From an uncultured Pseudomonadales bacterium (GTDB lineage: Bacteria; Patescibacteriota; Microgenomatia; UBA1400; PJMF01), in contig CAYMSV010000003.1 of the NCBI GenBank assembly GCA_964393205.1, positions 98,608 through 162,607 on the forward strand: a stretch of DNA of 64,000 nucleotides, in the 5' to 3' direction. This document shows, piece after piece, positions 57,065-64,000 of the stretch; the stretch's first letter is position 1; every line of letters starts with the position of its first letter. Made by a program: the position numbers and the translations under genes. The notes under the pieces were generated by a model that had not been told where the DNA came from, did no database searches, and saw only the letters and a program-made list of their open reading frames with translations.

Positions 57065-58042
57065 TTAATTACTAGATTTTTTTTCAATTTCAATATCTGC
57101 TTCAACCATGATCTTGACTAATTCTTCAAAACTTACACTTGGTTGCCAATTTAGGACTTTTTTAGCCTTACTAGGATCACCAATTAATAGATCAACTTCC
57201 GCTGGTCTATCATATTTCTTATTGTGTTTATAATATTGCTGCCAATCACCTAAATCAGCTGCTTTACAGGCTAATTCTAAAAATTCTTGAACACTGTGGG
57301 TTTCTCCAGTAGATATAACATAGTCGTCGGGCTCTCTTTGTTGAAGCATTAAGTGCATTGCTTCAACGTAATCTTTAGCATAACCCCAGTCTCTTTTGGA
57401 TTCTAGATTACCCAACTCAACATATTTTTGTTTACCCAGTTTTATTCTAGCTACAGCATTGCTGATCTTACGAGTCACAAATTCTAGACCACGTCTTGGA
57501 GATTCGTGATTAAATAAAATTCCAGAAACAGCATACATATTGTAGGATTCTCGATAATTAACCGTAATCCAATGTCCATAAACTTTGGCTACACCGTATG
57601 GAGATCGAGGATAAAAAGGAGTTTTTTCATTTTGAGGAACCTCACGAACCTTACCAAACATTTCACTAGAACTGGCTTGATAAAATTTGGCTTTTGGACA
57701 AGCTAGGCGGACAGCTTCTAGTACTCTAGCCACTCCAATAGCAGTAAATTCGCCGGTTAATATGGGTTGTTCCCATGAGGCTTGAACAAATGATTGAGCA
57801 GCCAAATTATAAACTTCTTCAGGCTGAATATCCTTGAGGGCAAAAGTTAGAGAGTGTTGATCCATTAGGTCTCCAGAAATCAACTCTAAATTAGGATTAT
57901 GAATAATGTTTTGAATACGAGCAAAATTTTGTGTACTAGTACGGCGGGTGAGACCGTAAACTTTATATCCTTTATCTAGCAACACTTCAGCTAAATAAGA
58001 ACCATCCTGACCGGTAATACCAGTAATAAAAGCTTTTTTCAT
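57065..58042 (-). CDS. gmd: GDP-mannose 4,6-dehydratase
   Basis: [38 protein letters not shown]. Confidence 0.96.
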   Translation of the reverse strand: MKKAFITGITGQDGSYLAEVLLDKGYKVYGLTRRTSTQNFARIQNIIHNPNLELISGDLMDQHSLTFALKDIQPEEVYNLAAQSFVQASWEQPILTGEFTAIGVARVLEAVRLACPKAKFYQASSSEMFGKVREVPQNEKTPFYPRSPYGVAKVYGHWITVNYRESYNMYAVSGILFNHESPRRGLEFVTRKISNAVARIKLGKQKYVELGNLESKRDWGYAKDYVEAMHLMLQQREPDDYVISTGETHSVQEFLELACKAADLGDWQQYYKHNKKYDRPAEVDLLIGDPSKAKKVLNWQPSVSFEELVKIMVEADIEIEKKSSN

Positions 58043-59013
58043 TTTTTACCTTTCTTTCTTTCTTTAAGTTGATCGCGCCACCAATCAAGCACTCTTTGGA
58101 GAGTAGTTTCTATCGGATAATTAATTTCCCAGCCCAGGGATTTTATCTTGCTATTATCGCAAATTAAAACAGGTCGATCAACTGGTCTAAGGCGATCTGG
58201 ATCAATTTCTAATTTAATTTCTGCCTTAGCCAAATCAACTAAAATTTTTAAAATTTCTTGCATGCTATGACCGATTCCAGAACCAATGTTGTAAACTTCA
58301 GTACTTACACCTTTATTCATTAACAAGATATAGGCTTGGACCATGTCTTTGACATCGGTAAGATCTCTAACAGCGGATAAATTGCCAACTTTCAAGACTG
58401 AGCTTTGTTTATTCTCAATTTTGACGATTTCGCTAGCAAAATCACTGACGGCAAAACCAAGAGCTTGTCGCTCACCAATGTGATTAAAAGGTCTAGCTCG
58501 AACTATATCTAGTTTTTCTGCTTGAGTATAAGAATAACTTAAATAATCTTGAATCATTTTTGACAAAGCGTAGGGATTGCTTGGCCCAATGGGCGCATTT
58601 TCACCTAAGGCTTTCTCACTATTTTTATATTCAAGAGCTGTACCAATGCTTAATAGGCGAGCTTGAGGAGCATGTTCCTTCATAGCTTCTAAAACATTGA
58701 GTTGTAATTTTAGATGGGTTTCTAAAATAAATTGTTTTTGTTTAAAACTATTACCAACATTAGCCAGTGAGGCCAAATGATAAATTTGTTGGGGTTTTAG
58801 TTCCTTGAATAGTTGACTGGTTTTTTCGTGATCAGTTAAATCTAGGGAGTGAATGTGACCCGGTCCAAGCAATTCCTTTAAAAAACCACCTTCATCACGA
58901 AAAGCGGTCAGGTGAATATTACTATAACCTTGTTTTATTAAAGCCTCCGTAAGATGACTGCCGGCGAAACCAGTGCCACCAGTAATTAAAATACATTGAC
59001 TTTTATTTGCCAT
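58039..59013 (-). CDS. GDP-4-keto-6-deoxy-D-mannose reductase-like SDR (Rmd-like)
   Basis: [33 protein letters not shown]; adjacent to gmd. Confidence 0.8.
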   Translation of the reverse strand: MANKSQCILITGGTGFAGSHLTEALIKQGYSNIHLTAFRDEGGFLKELLGPGHIHSLDLTDHEKTSQLFKELKPQQIYHLASLANVGNSFKQKQFILETHLKLQLNVLEAMKEHAPQARLLSIGTALEYKNSEKALGENAPIGPSNPYALSKMIQDYLSYSYTQAEKLDIVRARPFNHIGERQALGFAVSDFASEIVKIENKQSSVLKVGNLSAVRDLTDVKDMVQAYILLMNKGVSTEVYNIGSGIGHSMQEILKILVDLAKAEIKLEIDPDRLRPVDRPVLICDNSKIKSLGWEINYPIETTLQRVLDWWRDQLKERKKGKK

Positions 59014-60303
59014 TTAACTTTTTCCAATTCCAAAATATTGATATCCGGCTTGTTTAATTTCTTCTGGATTAAGTTGATTGCGACAATCAAAGATAATCTG
59101 TTGTTTTTCTTCCTTATGTTCTTTGTAAGGAAATTCTATAATTTCTGGCCATTCAACTAGCAAGAAGATGGCGTCTGCATCTTTGATAGCCAGTTCAATG
59201 TTTGCTACTTGTTGATGTTCACCTAAATCAGTTCCCATAAATTTTTTGTAATCAGCCATTGGATCGTAACTCTTCACTTTAGCGCCTTTGGCAATTAAAT
59301 GAGGAATAACCTTGGTACTAGGTGCTTCTCGCATATCATCAGTATTGGGTTTAAAAGATAAGCCAAGAACAGCAATTTTTTTATTAGTAAAACCATCCAT
59401 CTTCTTTTCAAAATCTGTTAAGAGACTAAAAATTCTTTGTTTATTAATTTCATTAACCTTATTGAGTAGGTTACCTTCTTCACCGATGGTTCGAGAATAA
59501 GCTGCTAATTCTTTAACGTCTTTGGGAAAACAAGATCCTCCGTAGCCTAAGCCTGGGTACCAATAATGGCGACCAATTCTTTGATCGTGACCAATAGCTT
59601 CAATCACTTCTTGGATATCAGCTCCATTTTTTTGACACAAATTAGCGATTTCGTTAATAAAAGTAATGCGAGTAGCCAGATAGGCATTAGCAGTATATTT
59701 GGCCATTTGTGCTGAGGCAACGCTGCAATGAATAATTGGAGCAGAAAGTTTTTGGTGAAGCTCGCTTAATTTATCAAAAACAAATTTATCGTTAGCACCG
59801 ATAACAATTCTATCTGGATTAAGAGTGTCATAGACGGCACTGCCTTCTCTTAGAAATTCTGGCAGTGATGCTCCATAAAATTTAACTTGGGTTTTTTCTT
59901 TAATTTTTTTAATAACTTGTTCTAGAGTTCCTGGAGGAACTGTTGATTTAATGGCAACAATAGCATTTTCTTGAAGGTGAGGAGCAAGGCTTTCAGCGCT
60001 CATCATTACATATTTTAAATCAGCTGTTTCGTCTGGGGCAGAAGGAGTGCCAACGGCAATAATAACAACTTCGCTTTGACTAATTGCTTCTTTATAAGAT
60101 GTGGTAAAGCTGAGTCTTTTTAATTTTTGTTGTTCAATTAATAATTTTTCAAGATCTGGTTCAAAAAAGGGCACCTGACCTTTTTTGAGGGAGTCTACTT
60201 TTTTTTGATCAATGTCTAAACCGATTACTTGATTGCCAAGTGAAGCATAAACAGCGGCCGAAACCACTCCTACGAAACCAGTGCCAATAATGCTAATTGT
60301 CAT
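59014..60303 (-). CDS. ugd: UDP-glucose/GDP-mannose 6-dehydrogenase family
   Basis: GTGFVG, KSTVPPGT, PEFLREG, GYGGSCFPKD, FKPNTDD.REAP. Confidence 0.92.
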   Translation of the reverse strand: MTISIIGTGFVGVVSAAVYASLGNQVIGLDIDQKKVDSLKKGQVPFFEPDLEKLLIEQQKLKRLSFTTSYKEAISQSEVVIIAVGTPSAPDETADLKYVMMSAESLAPHLQENAIVAIKSTVPPGTLEQVIKKIKEKTQVKFYGASLPEFLREGSAVYDTLNPDRIVIGANDKFVFDKLSELHQKLSAPIIHCSVASAQMAKYTANAYLATRITFINEIANLCQKNGADIQEVIEAIGHDQRIGRHYWYPGLGYGGSCFPKDVKELAAYSRTIGEEGNLLNKVNEINKQRIFSLLTDFEKKMDGFTNKKIAVLGLSFKPNTDDMREAPSTKVIPHLIAKGAKVKSYDPMADYKKFMGTDLGEHQQVANIELAIKDADAIFLLVEWPEIIEFPYKEHKEEKQQIIFDCRNQLNPEEIKQAGYQYFGIGKS

Positions 60304-60337
60304 AATTGTAAGCTTTTCTTAATAATTTTATATTTGT

Positions 60338-60345
60338 ATTATAAT
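60338..60345. promoter_or_regulatory. Bidirectional -10 (palindrome ATTATAAT)
   Basis: TATAAT on both strands, centred in the ugd/trmD divergent gap with 34 nt to each ATG. Confidence 0.5.
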
Positions 60346-60379
60346 GACAAGACTAATATAACACCAGTAAGAGTAAAAT

Positions 60380-61039
60380 ATGATTATTAATTTTTTAACT
60401 ATTTTTCCCGATTACTTCTCAAACGTCCTGTCTAGCTCTATCTTGAAACGAGCCAAAGAAAAAAAAGTGGTTGATTATCAGATAATTAATTTACGAGATT
60501 TTGCTCAAGACAAGCATCAAACTACCGATGATAGACCCTTTGGTGGTGGTCCAGGGATGGTGATGATGATTGAGCCAATTGATTTAGCACTTAAGAGTTT
60601 AAAACAAAGAAAAGGTGGCGATAATAAAAAAATTATTTTAACTTCAGCCAAAGGAGCTTTATTTAATCAGCAAAAAGCAGAAAATTGGAGCGAGTTAGAC
60701 GAGCTGACTATCATTTGCGGCCATTACGAAGGAGTAGATGAGCGAGTAGCTCAATATTTAGTAGACGAAGAAGTCCGTATTGGCAATTATGTTTTAACTG
60801 GTGGAGAACCGGCCGCAGCAGTCATGAGTGATGCTGTTGTTAGGTTATTGCCCGGAGTCCTTGGTAATGAGCAAAGCAATCTTGATGAATCACACAGTCA
60901 GCCGGGTTTAGCTGGTGAAAGTCAATACACTAGGCCCGCAAAATATAAAAATTGGGATGTGCCCGAGGTTTTATTAAGTGGAGATCCAAAAAAAATTAAC
61001 GCTTATAAAAAACAGTTTAGAAAATTGGTCAATGACTAG
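60380..61039 (+). CDS. trmD: tRNA (guanine37-N1)-methyltransferase
   Basis: DDRPFGGGPGMV, CGHYEGVDER, IGNYVLTGGE, YTRP. Confidence 0.97.
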   Translation: MIINFLTIFPDYFSNVLSSSILKRAKEKKVVDYQIINLRDFAQDKHQTTDDRPFGGGPGMVMMIEPIDLALKSLKQRKGGDNKKIILTSAKGALFNQQKAENWSELDELTIICGHYEGVDERVAQYLVDEEVRIGNYVLTGGEPAAAVMSDAVVRLLPGVLGNEQSNLDESHSQPGLAGESQYTRPAKYKNWDVPEVLLSGDPKKINAYKKQFRKLVND

Positions 61040-61043
61040 GCTT

Positions 61044-61925
61044 TTAAGCTTTAACTTGGCTAATAGCCTCTTCAATATTTGTTAATTTAAAATCTAGAGC
61101 TTCTTCAAGTTTTTTAGTTGATAGGGCGGTGTTTTTTTGATAGGGTCGCTGACTTGTTTTTAAATATTCTTTTAAACTGCCTTCTTCGACTTGATAGTCA
61201 ATATTAAGTTTTTGACTAATGGTTTTAGCAAAATCATAATCAGTCCACTTTTCTCCGCTACTAGCATTAAACAAACCACTTAGATTGAATCTAATAACAG
61301 CATCTAGTACCTTGGCAAAATCATCAATAAAAGTTGGTCCAAAAAAATGATCACTGAACTGTGGATAGATTTTTCCGGCTCTCATACCTTCAATTAAGCG
61401 GTGAGCGATATCTAGTTTAGGAAAGAGGTCAGATCGAAAAGGCTGATCAATGCGCAAAATAGTCCAAGATAAATTTTCACTTTTTTGAACAACTTCCTCT
61501 GCCCAAGCTTTAGTTTGACCATACCATTCAATTGGTGAGAGTGGGTCGGCTTCAGTGTATAAAGTTTCTTTCTCGCCGTTAAAGACATAGGCTGTTGAAA
61601 TATGAATTAGATGTTTATCAAATTTTTGACAAGCCTGAACAATATTTTTGGTACCCACTACATTAACTTGATAGCAGCTCGCAGTCTTATCATTTCGCTG
61701 TTCCCAAGCAGCGTTGACATCAGTAAAAGCTGCAAAGTGAACAAGATATTTGGCATCCGACTGACTAATTATGTTTTCAAGTTGATCTAGATTAGTAATA
61801 TCAACTGGTCGTTTGGGGTCGCGTAGATCTAAATTATCAAATTCATATTTGTCTTGAAAGTCTTTGACAAATTTAGAACCAACTAAGCCATTTAATCCAG
61901 TGCCTAAAACTTTAGTCTTTGTCAT
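61044..61925 (-). CDS. rfbD: dTDP-4-dehydrorhamnose reductase (RmlD-like)
   Basis: GLNGLVG, AAFTDV, ISTAYVF, YGQTK. Confidence 0.85.
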   Translation of the reverse strand: MTKTKVLGTGLNGLVGSKFVKDFQDKYEFDNLDLRDPKRPVDITNLDQLENIISQSDAKYLVHFAAFTDVNAAWEQRNDKTASCYQVNVVGTKNIVQACQKFDKHLIHISTAYVFNGEKETLYTEADPLSPIEWYGQTKAWAEEVVQKSENLSWTILRIDQPFRSDLFPKLDIAHRLIEGMRAGKIYPQFSDHFFGPTFIDDFAKVLDAVIRFNLSGLFNASSGEKWTDYDFAKTISQKLNIDYQVEEGSLKEYLKTSQRPYQKNTALSTKKLEEALDFKLTNIEEAISQVKA

Positions 61926-61926
61926 T

Positions 61927-62940
61927 TTAAATCCCGTATTGTTTAATAAAAAAATCGCTATTTTTTTCTTTAAGAGGTCGCCACCAATCTTGATTATCTT
62001 GATACCAGTTAATAGTTTTTTGTAAACCTTCTTCTAAATCAACACTGGGTCGCCAATCAAGAGCTTTTTCGCTCTCAGAAAAGTCAACGCTGTAGCGACG
62101 ATCATGGCCGGGACGATCTTTGACCATTTCAATAGCATCTTCACTTTTACTCATTAGTCGAATAAGTATTTTAATTAGTTCGAGATTGTTAACATCCTTA
62201 TATAAACCACCAAATAAATAAGTTTCGCCAATTTTTCCTTTAGTTAGTGCGGCTTCAATGCCTCGACAATGATCTTGAACATAAAGCCAGTCTCTAACAT
62301 ATAAGCCATCTCCATAAACTGGAACTTTCTTGTCATCGATTAGATTACTAATAGCTAGAGGAATCATTTTTTCAGGGAATTGATACTCGCCATAATTATT
62401 GGAGCAATTACTAATGGTAAAGGGTAGACCATAGGTGTCGCCGTAGGCACGAACTAAATGGTCGGCAGCAGCTTTACTAGCGCTGTAAGGACTATGGGGA
62501 TCATAAGCGCTATTTTTATCAAACTTTTCACTACTATCTAAACTAAGTGCACCAAATACTTCGTCAGTAGAGATATGGTGGAAGCGTTCAACTTTGTGTT
62601 TAAGCGCTGCTTCTAGTAAAACTTGAGTACCAATAACGTTGGTTTGTAAAAATAAGCCCGGATCTATAATAGAGCGATCAACATGTGATTCAGCGGCAAA
62701 ATGAACTACTATGTCAACGCCATTCATTAGTTCGCCAACTATTTGTCGATCACAAATATTAGCTTGAACAAAGTGATAATTACTTAAGTTTTCTACTGCC
62801 TTTAAGTTTGCTAAATTGCCCGCATAGGTTAGGGCATCAAGGTTAATAATCTGATCTTCTGGATGATTTTTTAGCCAATAGTGAACGAAGTTTGAGCCAA
62901 TGAAACCGGCTCCGCCAGTAACTAGAAGTGTTTTTGCCAT
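61927..62940 (-). CDS. rfbB: dTDP-glucose 4,6-dehydratase
   Basis: GGAGFIGSNF, AAESHVDRSI, STDEV, YSASK, DRPGHDRRY. Confidence 0.96.
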   Translation of the reverse strand: MAKTLLVTGGAGFIGSNFVHYWLKNHPEDQIINLDALTYAGNLANLKAVENLSNYHFVQANICDRQIVGELMNGVDIVVHFAAESHVDRSIIDPGLFLQTNVIGTQVLLEAALKHKVERFHHISTDEVFGALSLDSSEKFDKNSAYDPHSPYSASKAAADHLVRAYGDTYGLPFTISNCSNNYGEYQFPEKMIPLAISNLIDDKKVPVYGDGLYVRDWLYVQDHCRGIEAALTKGKIGETYLFGGLYKDVNNLELIKILIRLMSKSEDAIEMVKDRPGHDRRYSVDFSESEKALDWRPSVDLEEGLQKTINWYQDNQDWWRPLKEKNSDFFIKQYGI

Positions 62941-62941
62941 T

Positions 62942-63550
62942 TTAATCCTTTTGATTTAGTTCTTTTAAAGTGATGCTATCAAGATCTCGTTGAGAAATGA
63001 TTAATTCTTCTTTTGGAAATGGCCATTGAATATTTAATTCTGGATCAAAAATTGATATGGCTTTGTCATCTGCAGGGTTTCTGTCTTTATAGAGTTGATC
63101 AACCCCATAAAGATAATAAACTGGGCCTTCAATGGCACATATCGAATTACCTAGCTTAGCACTAATATATAGAGCTTCACCCCATTTACTATCATTTTTA
63201 GCCTGAAAATTAAAATACTCAACTTTTTTGTAAGTGTTTGAATCTGGACGAATATCGGCCAAGACACAGAGGGCGTGACCAGATAAAACTGTTATTAATT
63301 TGTTCCAACCCTCAGCATGTAAACCTCGAACGACTTTTGTTTGAGAAACTGACAAATTAACCTGCTTAATTTGAAAATCGGGATTGATTTGTTGTGAAAT
63401 ACGTTTTGGTTCCAAGACTTGAGAAAATAAGCCCCTATCATCAATGAATTTAGGATATTTTATATAATATAAACCATCAATTGCAGTGCTAAAAATATTT
63501 TCTGCTATTTCTTGGTTGCTATTGGCTTGATAAAAAAGATTATTGTCCAT
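62942..63550 (-). CDS. rfbC: dTDP-4-dehydrorhamnose 3,5-epimerase (RmlC-like)
   Basis: DDRGLF, VRGLH, DIRPDS, DPELNIQWP. Confidence 0.85.
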   Translation of the reverse strand: MDNNLFYQANSNQEIAENIFSTAIDGLYYIKYPKFIDDRGLFSQVLEPKRISQQINPDFQIKQVNLSVSQTKVVRGLHAEGWNKLITVLSGHALCVLADIRPDSNTYKKVEYFNFQAKNDSKWGEALYISAKLGNSICAIEGPVYYLYGVDQLYKDRNPADDKAISIFDPELNIQWPFPKEELIISQRDLDSITLKELNQKD

Positions 63551-63553
63551 AAT

Positions 63554-63781
63554 TTAATCCTTAATTATTTGTCCTTGGTTATCAATAATTTGATATGAAT
63601 CTTGAATTAATTGTGCGCTTTCACTAGCACCAACCATCATTTCTAGTCTAACAAAACGGTCTTCTAGTCGTTTATATTTGCGCTCATTATTTTCCAAGGC
63701 AGTTTGGAAGTAACCTAGGGCTAAAGCCAAAAAAACTAGTAAAATAAAAAGCGCGCGGTTAAAAGTTTTTTGTTTAGACAT
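63554..63781 (-). CDS. Small hypothetical membrane protein
   Basis: One TM plus coiled coil, in-operon spacing. Confidence 0.65.
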   Translation of the reverse strand: MSKQKTFNRALFILLVFLALALGYFQTALENNERKYKRLEDRFVRLEMMVGASESAQLIQDSYQIIDNQGQIIKD

Positions 63782-63787
63782 TAATTA

Positions 63788-64000
63788 TTAGTTTAACTTA
63801 TTTTCTACAAAAAAATCTTTAAGAGTTTCTCTAAATAGCGCCAAGTCGCGAATTTGATAGATCCACTGCTGTTGAGTTTGCCAAAGAGGTGGATGAAAAA
63901 TCAAACCCTCATCGTTTTCTGGGTAAACAGGGATACTATAAGAGACAAATTCTGGAATTAAGGAGATTGTTTGTTTGCCTTGATTAATAACTAGCCAACT
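63788..64000 (-). CDS. C-terminal end of a gene entering from beyond the window
   Basis: Open frame SWLVINQG...GLIFHPPLWQTQQQWIYQ...ENKLN with TAA at 63788-63790; product not identifiable. Confidence 0.6.
   Translation of the reverse strand, partial: SWLVINQGKQTISLIPEFVSYSIPVYPENDEGLIFHPPLWQTQQQWIYQIRDLALFRETLKDFFVENKLN

Noticed and set aside
2685-59500. Short antisense or alternate-frame ORFs in the ORF track (e.g. 2685-2957, 6699-6881, 13052-13237, 17757-18011, 20623-20820, 22265-22579, 28214-28480, 39280-39579, 44427-44720, 48237-48629, 59312-59500)
   Set aside because: All lie almost wholly within well-supported genes, with no motifs or RBS; typical shadow ORFs.
1-64000. Alternative genetic code (TGA read-through as in Gracilibacteria/SR1), prophage, IS, CRISPR, retron/DGR
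   Set aside because: Conserved genes are full length under code 11 and several end in TGA; no integrase, transposase, reverse transcriptase, cas gene or repeat array was recognised.

Overview
Low-GC, extremely gene-dense bacterial chromosome segment with short or overlapping intergenic gaps. The gene repertoire (short MetG, GAD-less AspS, DUF3048, CAP protein, wHTH-nucleotidyltransferase, many GT-C/GT2 enzymes, CCA-less tRNAs) points by inference to a Patescibacteria/CPR (Microgenomates-like) genome. Most genes are housekeeping: tatD, metG, rmuC, aspS, gltX, ybeY, dnaX, rdgB, fbaB, frr, secDF, cca, recJ, prmC, xth, trmD, tRNA-Glu(CTC), tRNA-Gln(CTG). The window also holds a MacAB-like ABC exporter and a large surface-glycosylation/nucleotide-sugar cluster. 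No transposase, integrase, CRISPR array, rRNA or long repeat was seen. The best candidates for something new are: (1) a coupled two-gene orphan islet at the 3' side of tRNA-Glu encoding a putative membrane-active effector and a BLIP/SmpA-like membrane-anchored partner; (2) an apparently split two-component system, with a His-less membrane kinase and a sensor-less His-bearing kinase around one OmpR-type regulator; (3) a pflB-pflA-acd operon ending in a fused CoaD-CoaE; (4) a TasA-like fibre locus with a tail-anchored paralog; (5) poly-A slippage sites at the gamma/tau junction of a Zn-less DnaX; and (6) widespread leaderless or bidirectional -10 promoters. All calls rest on manual motif reading, with no database searches.
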